A stretch of 64,000 nt of DNA, taken from assembly GCA_045630455.1 (NCBI GenBank), contig JAZQTD010000030.1, forward strand, positions 127,243 through 191,242, read 5' to 3'. Both the position numbers and the translations under genes were made by a program. This document shows, one piece after another, positions 47,294-56,547 of the stretch. The number at the start of each line of letters is the position of its first letter. Positions within the stretch are counted from its first letter, which is position 1. Source of the stretch: Candidatus Enterousia sp. Its GTDB lineage: Bacteria > Pseudomonadota > Alphaproteobacteria > Rs-D84. Under the pieces are notes generated by a model. The model saw only the letters and a list, made by a program, of their open reading frames with translations, was not told the origin of the DNA and searched no databases.

Positions 47294-47683
47294 ATGGAAA
47301 ATAAAAAATTGAACCCTATGATTGCGGCTCAGTTGAAAGTCGTACTGAAGCGCAATGATATTCGTATCAACTTAAAGCGCGAACCAGGCGTAGACACATG
47401 GACGGTGGAAGACCCAGAAGGCAAACAATTGATTACTTATGTAAACGGTTGGGATTATGGGCTTTATTCCCTGTCTGCCTTTGGTCGCACTGTTGCTTCG
47501 ATGGAGTGGCGCGAAAGTGCTAACAAAACAACTCCTGAACAGGCGGCTGTTTTTGAAATCGGCGACTTGATATTTAAAAAATACGAAGAACAATCACGAA
47601 TGGAACGTGCGATGGCTAGTATGTCCGAAGAAGATAGACTTACATTAGAAATGTTGCAAGCTGCCGCAAAAAAAGAAAAATAA
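47294..47683 (+). CDS. Hypothetical small protein (129 aa), apparently strongly expressed.
   Basis: Consensus promoter upstream and a strong intrinsic terminator downstream (CGCCCCAAACGGGGCG followed by T7). Confidence 0.5.
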   Translation: MENKKLNPMIAAQLKVVLKRNDIRINLKREPGVDTWTVEDPEGKQLITYVNGWDYGLYSLSAFGRTVASMEWRESANKTTPEQAAVFEIGDLIFKKYEEQSRMERAMASMSEEDRLTLEMLQAAAKKEK

Positions 47684-47689
47684 ATAAAA

Positions 47690-47715
47690 ATCGCCCCAAA
47701 CGGGGCGTTTTTTTA
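47690..47715. terminator. Bidirectional terminator between the 47294 gene and recN.
   Basis: CGCCCCAAACGGGGCG hairpin with flanking A/T runs. Confidence 0.6.
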
Positions 47716-49368
47716 AGAATCTTTTAAAAGTGTTTTTGCCATTGTGATGGATTCTGGGGTGATTTCAGCACCGCTGATTATGCGGGCGATTTCATTGATG
47801 CGGTCTGAGCCCCCTATTTCATTAACAGAAGTAATAGTCTTGTCATCAGTCACAGACTTAGAAATCTTGAAATGACGGTCTGCGAATCCAGCAACCTGGG
47901 CCGAGTGCGTAATAACCAATGCCTGAGATTCGGCTGCTAATCGGCTCAAGCGATTACCAACCGCCGATGCAGTTGCGCCCGATATACCAGTATCAATTTC
48001 ATCAAACACAAACGTTTGTGTGTTTTCGTTACCCGCCAACACCACACGCAGTGCCAGCATCAATCGCGCCAATTCGCCGCCCGATGCTGCACGATGCAAT
48101 GGTGCAAATGGCGAGCCTGGGTTTGTTTTTATCATAAATGTTATTTCATCCATACCGGCACCGGTTGACTGACATTCAGAACACTCAACCGCAAAATCAG
48201 CCGACCCCAATTTCAAATCAGGCAATTCGACCAATATAGATTCACGCATTTTTTTCGCCGCTGTATGGCGTGCATCCGATAGCCGCCGCGCCATATCACA
48301 GAATTTGGCATATGCACTATCACGCAAGGTCTTTGTGCGCTTTAATTCGGCATCTGAATTATCAATTGCCGTCAACTGTTCGGACATTTCCGTCAATTTA
48401 GCAGGCAATTCATCCGCAGACACGCGATGTTTACGCGCAGCGGCACGGATTGCGAACAAGCGTTCTTCGATAGCGTCCATGTCATCCATATCGGTAGATT
48501 CTGGTTCCAACGCATCCATAACCTGAGAAACGATTTCCGCCGCATTGTACAATTTGTCAATTTGGTCGGAATATGGATTTGGCTCGGTCTTGATGCGCTG
48601 TAAAATATGTGCTGCATTAAATATTTGCGCATCCAGCGAATTGCCACGACCGTTCAAGGTATCCATAGCCTCTGTCAAAATAGCAGCGTTTTTTTCGGCA
48701 TTCATCATGGTCGCACGCTTGGTGGATAATTCTTCTTCTTCGCCGGGTTGAGGGTTCAGTTTTTGCAATTCCGCAACATTATGCGCCAAGAATTCACGTT
48801 CGCTTTCTGCACGGGATAATAAATCAGTTAATTCAGCCAATCGTTTATCCGCCAAATAGTATTCAGTATACGCCGCGCGTGTCGCATTTAATAATTCACC
48901 AAAGTTGCTTATATTTTTATCTGCAAACGAATCCAGTGTTGGGCGGTGTGCAGACTGATTCAAAAGCGTATGATTTGCAAACTGACCATGAATTTCAACC
49001 AATGCGTCACCGACCGCCTTTAATGTTTTAACAGACACAGGTGTATCATTTATCCATGCACGACTTTTACCATCAACCGATAGCGTGCGGCGCAGAATTA
49101 CACCATCGGAACAATCTATGTCAAATTCACGCAATATGTCACGCACTGTATCGTTTACATAGTCAAATTCCGCCGTCACAGATGCCATATCACAACCGTG
49201 GCGTATTAACCCAACGTCAGAACGTGCCCCCAGTGCCAGTGACAGCGCATCCATTAAAATGCTTTTACCTGCTCCCGTTTCTCCCGTCAGCACGTTTAGT
49301 CCACGTCCAAATTCCAGATTCAGGCGCTCAATCAATACAATATTTGAAATGTTTAATCCAACTAACAT
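47713..49368 (-). CDS. recN: DNA repair protein RecN.
   Basis: SMC-like ATPase with N-terminal Walker A GETGAGKS, coiled-coil, and C-terminal signature/Walker B (LSGGELARLMLAL...FDEIDTG). Confidence 0.9.
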   Translation of the reverse strand: MLVGLNISNIVLIERLNLEFGRGLNVLTGETGAGKSILMDALSLALGARSDVGLIRHGCDMASVTAEFDYVNDTVRDILREFDIDCSDGVILRRTLSVDGKSRAWINDTPVSVKTLKAVGDALVEIHGQFANHTLLNQSAHRPTLDSFADKNISNFGELLNATRAAYTEYYLADKRLAELTDLLSRAESEREFLAHNVAELQKLNPQPGEEEELSTKRATMMNAEKNAAILTEAMDTLNGRGNSLDAQIFNAAHILQRIKTEPNPYSDQIDKLYNAAEIVSQVMDALEPESTDMDDMDAIEERLFAIRAAARKHRVSADELPAKLTEMSEQLTAIDNSDAELKRTKTLRDSAYAKFCDMARRLSDARHTAAKKMRESILVELPDLKLGSADFAVECSECQSTGAGMDEITFMIKTNPGSPFAPLHRAASGGELARLMLALRVVLAGNENTQTFVFDEIDTGISGATASAVGNRLSRLAAESQALVITHSAQVAGFADRHFKISKSVTDDKTITSVNEIGGSDRINEIARIISGAEITPESITMAKTLLKDS

Positions 49369-49409
49369 ACCTGAATTATAGCGACTTAGAGCGCCCTATT
49401 TCAAGCCTT

Positions 49410-49853
49410 TTATATGCTTTCTAGCGACCAGTTATGCGTCCACAGAATAAAACAACATATTTTATATTCTGGATAAATTTGGCGCAACAATGCTGCATAT
49501 TCATGCAACTGGGCTATATAGTGTTCCCGAAAGTTATCTGGGGTCGTATCTGTTTTATAGTCCAAGACATAAACAGTTTTGGCTTTATCATCAACTAACA
49601 ATCTGTCTATGCGGCGACTGGCAAAGCGACCATTGATATTGCCGGCAATTGGCACTTCGACCATAGAGTCGGCGGAAAACAATTCAGCCAGTTTTGGCAC
49701 AGATTTTATCTTGGCTATTAAATCTGGGTCGCCGCGCTCTGCATCATAAGAAATTACAATATGTCCCAGACGGTTATGCATATCTATTCCAACGTCTGTG
49801 GCGAATTTAACTGCATCGTGTGCGCATAAGATTTCTTTGATATTATTTGGCAT
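49410..49853 (-). CDS. RecB-family (PD-(D/E)xK) nuclease domain, the C-terminal part of AddA encoded as a separate ORF.
   Basis: Motifs RIDRLLVDD, VYVLDYKTD and HYIAQLHEYAALL. The ATG overlaps the stop of the upstream helicase ORF by 11 nt. Confidence 0.6.
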   Translation of the reverse strand: MPNNIKEILCAHDAVKFATDVGIDMHNRLGHIVISYDAERGDPDLIAKIKSVPKLAELFSADSMVEVPIAGNINGRFASRRIDRLLVDDKAKTVYVLDYKTDTTPDNFREHYIAQLHEYAALLRQIYPEYKICCFILWTHNWSLESI

Positions 49854-52467
49854 CTGTTATCCTGATTGTGTCTGAATTCCCGTCTTGCGCTGCACTAAAC
49901 ACCCGCCACAGTTGGTTATGCCACGAGATATCGGGTGCAGACGAATTGTTTGTAAAGCCGTAAATATAAAGATTATCACGGGCACGTGTCATCGCAACAT
50001 ACAGTAAACGATAATACTCTGCGATACGAGTGTTTTTGAGTTCATCCACAGCCACACGACAGCGCGCCGAGTTATTGCTACGTGGAACCCACAGCCAGAC
50101 CGGCATATTAATATCATCTACGGTCGGAACTGGTAATATCTTTTCTGCGTTTGGCGTACCTACAGTGTCGATTAAGAATACAGCGGGTGCTTCCAATCCT
50201 TTGCTTCCATGAACTGTCACAACGCGAACACCACTGGACGCATCCATATCGCGCTTAATCTGACTATTGCCGGCAATAAAGTATCTTAAAAAATCTTTTA
50301 GCGTACCAGGCATTGTGCGTTCATATGCCAAGCATATTGTCATAAATTCTTCGATTGGATCTATGACCTGGGCACCTAGTGCAGAAATCATCTGGGCGCG
50401 CATACCATTATTATTCAAAAACGCATCAAAAAATGAATATGGCGCCATTGTTTTTGACCACTCCAGAACGGTATTCAGATCGTTATAAATGCCTGGGTGC
50501 GCTGACTGTAAAACCTCAAAAACAGTCGTTGGCGTAAAGTCTGGAATTTGCAATTTGCGCGATTTATTTTCATTATTTTTAATTTCGCACAAATTAAAAA
50601 TATCGCGTTCTTTCAAACGATAAAACGGACTTTTTAATACGCAGCACAAACTGTAGTCGTCTGCCGGATTCAGACAAAACCGAACCAGGTTTAACAAGTC
50701 ACGAATTGCTGGAAAGTTCGGCAAAACAATACGATCACTGCCAGCAACATCAACCGACAGGCGCTTTAATTCGCGAACTAATTTTGGCGCAAGCGGATGA
50801 CGATTTTGAACTAGCACCATTATGTCGCTGGGCTTGAATTTACCAGAATCTATTAACGTTTTTATATTTGCCGCAATATCTTTTACATATTCATCAACCG
50901 TTGATTCGTCTTGTTTTTTGGAAACCAGTTTATGTAATTCAACCAAACCATCTGCATTTTGGCGGAAACATTTATGTGAATTGTTTACAAAACCGCTTAT
51001 TTCGTGCACTGTTTCGTCTGCAAAAAAGCAGTCCACTGCGTGTAAAATCTGGGGTGAAGAACGAAAACTTTGTTCCAGCGGAATTTCGCGTATGTCGCGC
51101 AAATTCTGCTTTATTTGTTGAGCGATTGCGTCGCGGCTGAATGTAAAAGCACGCGGATCTGCGCCCTGAAAGCCGTAGATAGACTGCTTGCTATCGCCTA
51201 CCACAAACAAAGAGTGCGGATTTTGCGTTGTGTCGCCATCTACAAAAAACTCACCCGACAACATACGCAAAATATCCCACTGGGCGGGTGATGTGTCTTG
51301 GGCTTCGTCCACCAAGATATGTGACAGCGACAAATCCAACTGAGACAATACCCATCCCATTGTTTCAGGATTTGAAAACAGTTTACGCGTATACAAAATC
51401 ATATCTTCAAAATCAAGAACGTTTAGCGCGGTTTTAGATTCACGATAAATCTGGGTAAATGCAGCCGCCAAATCAAACATTGCGACCGTATCATCGAATA
51501 TCAACTTATTTATAGCATACTGGTTAAGTGCATTTATACGCGCCAGCTCTTCGGAAACAAAATCCAGTTTAGCAACATTCACAATTGGCGTCTCTTTGTC
51601 TGTTAGATATGCTGTTTTGTATTTTTCAAAATCTATCGTTTTATCAATATATTGTTTCGTTAAATTAATAATTTTATTTAGATATTCTGCCGGCTTTTTT
51701 CGACTTTTTTGCGCTTCTTCTGCCAAATCGATAATTTTTTGCAGCTTTTTAGCATCAAAATCACATTCGACCGGATTATTAAGTTCTAAAAATTTATACG
51801 TTGTATCAATAAAGTATTCGCGATACTTAACAAGATTTTCAATGCCAAAAAAGTGCTTATACTGGTTGCTTAATTCCGCCAATAAGTCCGGCATAGAGTA
51901 TTCAGATATGCGATTAACAATATGCGCGAATGCCGCCCCAACCCGCCCATCATTAGACGGCGAATTTATCAATTTATCGAATGTGTCTTGCAATAAAATA
52001 CGCTGGGCATCATCGGATATTAACGACCATGCCGGCGACAGGGTGGCCTCGGTCGGAAAACGATGTAAAATCTCTTCACAGAATCCGTGAATGGTTTTTA
52101 TTTTCAAAATATCTGGATTATCGATATAGCGAAAGAATATTTCTCGTGCACGCAAAACATCATCAGTGGTCGCAGGCTTGTTTTCCGAAACGCCATCCAG
52201 CAATTCAACCAAATCTGCATCGGACGAACCCGCCCATTCACGCAGCGCCGCCAAAATACGGTTGCGCATTTCGCCCGCCCCCGCATTGGTATAGGTTAAG
52301 CACAAAATACCATCACCCACCGTATCCGATGTACGAAACAAAATACGCAGCAAACGCTGGACCAGAACACTGGTTTTACCGGTGCCTGCATTGGCCTGAA
52401 CCCAGACGTTTTCACGTGGGTTTGCCGCCATATCTTGCTCGTGTGATAAAGTGCGTTTTTTTACCAT
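49843..52467 (-). CDS. addA: UvrD/AddA-like helicase, the helicase part of an AddA-type helicase-nuclease.
   Basis: Walker A ANAGTGKTSVL, UvrD motifs (LCLTYTNAGAGEM, VDEAQDTSP, VGDSKQSIYGF, VTVHGSKGLE), 874 aa. No addB adjacent. Confidence 0.75.
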   Translation of the reverse strand: MVKKRTLSHEQDMAANPRENVWVQANAGTGKTSVLVQRLLRILFRTSDTVGDGILCLTYTNAGAGEMRNRILAALREWAGSSDADLVELLDGVSENKPATTDDVLRAREIFFRYIDNPDILKIKTIHGFCEEILHRFPTEATLSPAWSLISDDAQRILLQDTFDKLINSPSNDGRVGAAFAHIVNRISEYSMPDLLAELSNQYKHFFGIENLVKYREYFIDTTYKFLELNNPVECDFDAKKLQKIIDLAEEAQKSRKKPAEYLNKIINLTKQYIDKTIDFEKYKTAYLTDKETPIVNVAKLDFVSEELARINALNQYAINKLIFDDTVAMFDLAAAFTQIYRESKTALNVLDFEDMILYTRKLFSNPETMGWVLSQLDLSLSHILVDEAQDTSPAQWDILRMLSGEFFVDGDTTQNPHSLFVVGDSKQSIYGFQGADPRAFTFSRDAIAQQIKQNLRDIREIPLEQSFRSSPQILHAVDCFFADETVHEISGFVNNSHKCFRQNADGLVELHKLVSKKQDESTVDEYVKDIAANIKTLIDSGKFKPSDIMVLVQNRHPLAPKLVRELKRLSVDVAGSDRIVLPNFPAIRDLLNLVRFCLNPADDYSLCCVLKSPFYRLKERDIFNLCEIKNNENKSRKLQIPDFTPTTVFEVLQSAHPGIYNDLNTVLEWSKTMAPYSFFDAFLNNNGMRAQMISALGAQVIDPIEEFMTICLAYERTMPGTLKDFLRYFIAGNSQIKRDMDASSGVRVVTVHGSKGLEAPAVFLIDTVGTPNAEKILPVPTVDDINMPVWLWVPRSNNSARCRVAVDELKNTRIAEYYRLLYVAMTRARDNLYIYGFTNNSSAPDISWHNQLWRVFSAAQDGNSDTIRITDAK

Positions 52468-52557
52468 TTATGCCCTTGCTTTATTGTTTAGATTCTAGTA
52501 TAAATCCAAAAGAACTGCAAGGTTATAAAATTTGCATTTGTACTAGGGAGAAAAGGA

Positions 52558-54483
52558 ATGGAATTCAATCAATTGGTTATGTGGGGCGGCGCAATATTGG
52601 GCGGACTATTGTTTATCACACTAATGGTGCTGTTTTTTGTATCGCGCAAATCACAAAAAGTGATGCAGTCGCTGCTGGACATTATGCTGCAACCAGAGCG
52701 CGCTAAAATTACCGATGCAACACGCGTATTAAGCACAATTCTAAAAGACGAAATCAGCAAGATTGAATCCAGCTTTGTCACAATGCGTAATACACTAAAC
52801 GCACAAATCGCGTCTGCAAAAGAGCTGCAACACATACTAGATGAACAGAATGAAAAATTAATATCACTGGCCGATGAGGCAACCAAAAAAATATCAAATA
52901 TGTCGGGCAGATTAGACAATACTGTACACGGATTAAACGATGTGGTAGAGTCTGAAAAGTGGCACGATGTAGAAATCGCAACTGACAAATTTAGCAATAC
53001 TGTCAATCAGTTATTGAATGAAATTAACAACACAACTGAAGAAACCGCAAACCGCACCGCCCAGATACAATCACAAATTGTTTCATGGGTTGCGACCAGT
53101 GAAAGTTTATCGGAACACTTGGGGGCCGAATTCAATAAAAACACCGAACAGATGAAAAATCTGACTGGCGAATCTGAAACTATGATAGGCAAGATTTCAG
53201 AACTGGCACAGTCAACCGCAGATGGTTTCAGCAACGTTAAAAGTTCTGCAGTTAACTATGAAGAAATAATGATACGCAATGACAGACTGTTGGACGGATA
53301 TCTGGACAAGATGGATACATTTAGCAAGCAGTCCAAGAAACAATTAACTAGCCAGATGAATACACTGACCAATACAGCCAATGTTGTTGGGGGTCAGGTG
53401 CGCCTGGCTGAATCATCAATAGATAAACAAATCAAAAAATTAACCGATGCGGTTGAAAAGCTGATGGCATCCGCTACAGAAACCGAAGGGGCAGTACGTG
53501 GCATATCAGGCGAAATCGCGACACTGACCAAGCATTTTGATGGTGAAATCAAAGAATTTGCAACTGGTGTTGTATCAGAACTGAAAACCGTTTCTGGGGT
53601 TGCTAATATCACACTGGAAAACACACGTGGTGCGGCGAATGCGTTTTCAGACTCGGTCAAAGCAATGGCGACTGGCGTGCGCGAAACACTTATCGAAATG
53701 AATACAGCGCATACACAACTGTCTGGACAGTCTGAAAACCTGATTAAAATGTCAGCCGAGACAACCGCCCAGTTGCAACCGCTGTCAGAACTTATTGAAA
53801 AATATTATGCTGCCCTGCCCGATTTGAGTAAAGACTCGGTCGAGACAAGTGAAAAGCTGGAAAAGATTGTCGCAAGCCTGACAGAAAAAGTTAACCAGAT
53901 GAAGGCGGCCGTCAACGAATCTACGAATGCAGTATCTGAATCCGCTATTAAACTGGAAGATTTGGCCGGCACGTCACGCCAGCAAATGATTGATTTGATG
54001 TCTGATTATGCTAAAGCCGTGAATACAATGCAGACGCTGAACAAGCAAATGATGGTGGCACGCGCAACCGCACCAATGGATGCAATCAAGGCCGCACCTG
54101 CGGAATCTTTTGGCAAAATTAGCTCTGCTGACTTTTTAGCGCAAGCAGAAAAGATGTTTGAAAAGTTGCACGAACAGTCACAAGACCTGACCCGGGCGAC
54201 CGGTGCTGATATACCAGACGTAGTGCTGAATAAATATCATGCAGGCGACAAAACTATATTCTCTAAGTGGCTGGCTAAAATGATGAATGCAGCAGACAAA
54301 AAACAAATCCGCAGTATGATTAAGTCTGATGCAGTTTTCCGTTCCCAGGCAACACAATTCATGCGCAGTTTCGACAAAATTATGAATGGCGCACGCGAAG
54401 CGGATAATTCGGATAAACTGATGACGACACTGCTTAAAACTGATTTGGGACAGATATACACAGCACTTAAAAACAATATGTAA
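52558..54483 (+). CDS. Membrane-anchored, long alpha-helical/coiled-coil protein.
   Basis: N-terminal TM GGAILGGLLFITLMVLFFV, then about 600 aa that are Gln/Glu/Thr/Ala-rich with heptad-like periodicity; no enzymatic motif. Confidence 0.55.
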   Translation: MEFNQLVMWGGAILGGLLFITLMVLFFVSRKSQKVMQSLLDIMLQPERAKITDATRVLSTILKDEISKIESSFVTMRNTLNAQIASAKELQHILDEQNEKLISLADEATKKISNMSGRLDNTVHGLNDVVESEKWHDVEIATDKFSNTVNQLLNEINNTTEETANRTAQIQSQIVSWVATSESLSEHLGAEFNKNTEQMKNLTGESETMIGKISELAQSTADGFSNVKSSAVNYEEIMIRNDRLLDGYLDKMDTFSKQSKKQLTSQMNTLTNTANVVGGQVRLAESSIDKQIKKLTDAVEKLMASATETEGAVRGISGEIATLTKHFDGEIKEFATGVVSELKTVSGVANITLENTRGAANAFSDSVKAMATGVRETLIEMNTAHTQLSGQSENLIKMSAETTAQLQPLSELIEKYYAALPDLSKDSVETSEKLEKIVASLTEKVNQMKAAVNESTNAVSESAIKLEDLAGTSRQQMIDLMSDYAKAVNTMQTLNKQMMVARATAPMDAIKAAPAESFGKISSADFLAQAEKMFEKLHEQSQDLTRATGADIPDVVLNKYHAGDKTIFSKWLAKMMNAADKKQIRSMIKSDAVFRSQATQFMRSFDKIMNGAREADNSDKLMTTLLKTDLGQIYTALKNNM

Positions 54484-54510
54484 GAATCCCCCAAACGGGG
54501 GATTTTTTAG
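54484..54510 (+). terminator. Intrinsic terminator; a copy of the AATCCCCCA(A/G)ACGGGGGATTTTTT element.
   Basis: ATCCCCCAAACGGGGGAT followed by T6. Confidence 0.6.
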
Positions 54511-54531
54511 TGGTGGGTGTAAGTATTTATA

Positions 54532-54560
54532 TTGATTTTTGGGGTGATTTGTGATATAAT
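54532..54560 (+). promoter_or_regulatory. Strong sigma70-type promoter (TTGATT, 17 nt, TATAAT).
   Basis: Sequence-based call; a terminator follows within about 55 nt. Confidence 0.45.
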
Positions 54561-54567
54561 ACTTTCT

Positions 54568-54621
54568 ATTGACGGGGCAGTAGTGCACCGTTTTTTTAAT
54601 CCTGCACACGCAGGATTTTTT
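54568..54621 (+). ncRNA. Short promoter-to-terminator transcript of about 54 nt, a possible leader/attenuator or small RNA.
   Basis: Predicted transcription start about 7 nt after the TATAAT box. CCUGCACACGCAGG hairpin followed by U7 ends it before the gene at 54669. Confidence 0.3.
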
Positions 54622-54623
54622 TA

Positions 54624-54647
54624 TTCAAACAACTGGGGCGACATAAT
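54624..54647 (+). repeat. Copy A of the direct repeat TTCAAACAACTGGGG(C/T)GAC(A/T)TA, at the left boundary of the glycan island.
   Basis: About 20 of 24 positions identical to copy B at 57560; the core AACAACTGGGG is shared with the intergenic hairpin at 55327. Confidence 0.6.
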
Positions 54648-54668
54648 AAAAAACAAAAGGAAAAAATT

Positions 54669-55328
54669 ATGTCTTTACCAAAATCAGAAATATCAGAAAT
54701 TCTAAGCGTGTTTAGCAATGTGCTGACCCGTTTGATTGACTGCGTTGAAAATGATGCACTCTTTCAACCACACGAACGCCGCGCCCTTCTGAACACGATG
54801 TATGAAAAAATGTGTGGTGTACAAATGGATAAAATACTGAATCAGGCGAACGCAAACCACAAACTGCAATTAAAGCGCGGTAATGCAAGCGCAAACGACG
54901 CCTATGTGGGACTGAGTGGTGAAATAACAATAGATACAGATGCAAATACATTGCGCGTACACGACGGCGAAAATGCTGGCGGCGTGGCACTGGCGCGTAC
55001 ATCAGACACAATTGGCGACTGGGTCGTTGAAAGCCAGTTACCAACCGCTGAAAACAATTATACATGGTACAGAAAATATAAATCTGGCTGGGTTGAGCAA
55101 GGCGGCATATTCGATACCCCAGGCAAAGGTTATCAAAGTATAATATTGCCAGTCGAAATGGCGGACACGGGTTTTTCCGCCCAGGTAACACGCGCCGCCG
55201 GCACATCAACCAGCGCAATTGATTGCTGGATACAATCGCCAGGCGCTTCCCTGTCAACAACGACATTGGTGTATTATGTCGCCACACAAACTGGGTTATC
55301 TTGGTTTGTTTGCGGAATAGCTAAATAA
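54669..55328 (+). CDS. Hypothetical protein with a phage-tail-fibre-like segment.
   Basis: Segment KLQLKRGNASANDAYVGLSGEITIDTDANTLRVHDGENAGG resembles the Gly-rich beta-repeats of phage fibre/spike proteins; 219 aa, normal GC content. Confidence 0.4.
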   Translation: MSLPKSEISEILSVFSNVLTRLIDCVENDALFQPHERRALLNTMYEKMCGVQMDKILNQANANHKLQLKRGNASANDAYVGLSGEITIDTDANTLRVHDGENAGGVALARTSDTIGDWVVESQLPTAENNYTWYRKYKSGWVEQGGIFDTPGKGYQSIILPVEMADTGFSAQVTRAAGTSTSAIDCWIQSPGASLSTTTLVYYVATQTGLSWFVCGIAK

Positions 55329-55353
55329 TAACTGGGGCATTGTCCCAGTTGTT
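55327..55353. other. Intergenic inverted-repeat hairpin built from the AACTGGGG core motif; likely a bidirectional terminator or protein-binding site.
   Basis: AACTGGGGCATTGTCCCAGTT; the reverse complement of the right arm reads AACAACTGGGAC. Confidence 0.5.
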
Positions 55354-56539
55354 ATTTAGAAATAATTTCATACAAGTGCTTGCAAATATCTGAACGTTCC
55401 CAAAATATATTATTATTGATTTCTTTGTTTTTGTGTTCCAATTCAAAATTGTTTTTTATATAGAATTCGATTTTATCAATGACATCATCTTTGTTATAGA
55501 AACAATTATACAACTGATTGTCTTTCGCTTTAGCAGAAAGTGCATTCTGATTGTCTCGTTCGTCCGGATATATCACATGACTATCAAATCGATAGAACAC
55601 AACTGGTATATCAAGATACATAAAATCAAATATTATGCTTGAATAGTCTGTTACGCACAAATCTGATTCTTTGATAGCTTGTGATATTTTGCTTGTAGAT
55701 ATTATATTAACATTTGTAGGCACTTGTATTTTTGCATGATTGCGCAACATCGCATGATGCATAGCAATATTAAGCTTTACATTGTTTTCTGACAGTAATT
55801 TGTTTAATTTCTCATCACACAAAAAATCGAAAATTTTATCTAAATATACACTTTGAGATTCTGGATACTTTTCTATACTCATACGCCATGTAAAGAAAAC
55901 AAATATACTTTTAGCATCATGAGGTTTTTTATACAACAAATCCCAACGAGGCAAACCACATTTAATTTGTTTGTCACCCTGCCACACCCCACGAGTATCG
56001 TATAATTCCGACTCTTTCTTTGTAGCAGATATTATATAATTATAGATATTTTCGTTATACAATTCTATAACTGATTCTTTCAAGAAAATACTGCCATGCT
56101 GTGCAAAAATGTATTTGATGTCTGGATTGTTAGCTAACATGGTACTAAATTTTTTATTTAATCCAAAGCTACCCATTACAACTTTTGCCCGGCTAATATA
56201 TTTTCGACACTTAGTAAACAATTGTTCCATACGTGTTACAACAATAATATTTTGCAAAGCATTAGAACTTTTCAACTCTTTATATAGTTTATTATGTCGT
56301 AGCAACACGTATTTAGAAGGAATGTTATTACGTTGTAGATACAAGAAGAAAGAAAACATGTCTATAGCTTCTGCCGTAGCAGAATTTAAACAGTCATAAC
56401 ATATGATTAAATCTCTTGCCCCTGTGTTATGCATAAAGAAAGGCATACTCCACCAAAACACCCTAATACCAAACAAATAATATTGCACTTGCAACTTTGA
56501 TTGATTTTTTATTTCATAACTTCGTACAAAAGGTTTCAT
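55352..56539 (-). CDS. CDP-glycerol glycerophosphotransferase family protein (TagB/TagF-like).
   Basis: C-terminal motif TDYSSIIFDFMYLDIPVVFYRFD typical of Glyphos_transf. Very AT-rich gene. Confidence 0.6.
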   Translation of the reverse strand: MKPFVRSYEIKNQSKLQVQYYLFGIRVFWWSMPFFMHNTGARDLIICYDCLNSATAEAIDMFSFFLYLQRNNIPSKYVLLRHNKLYKELKSSNALQNIIVVTRMEQLFTKCRKYISRAKVVMGSFGLNKKFSTMLANNPDIKYIFAQHGSIFLKESVIELYNENIYNYIISATKKESELYDTRGVWQGDKQIKCGLPRWDLLYKKPHDAKSIFVFFTWRMSIEKYPESQSVYLDKIFDFLCDEKLNKLLSENNVKLNIAMHHAMLRNHAKIQVPTNVNIISTSKISQAIKESDLCVTDYSSIIFDFMYLDIPVVFYRFDSHVIYPDERDNQNALSAKAKDNQLYNCFYNKDDVIDKIEFYIKNNFELEHKNKEINNNIFWERSDICKHLYEIISK

Positions 56540-56547
56540 GTTTATGC

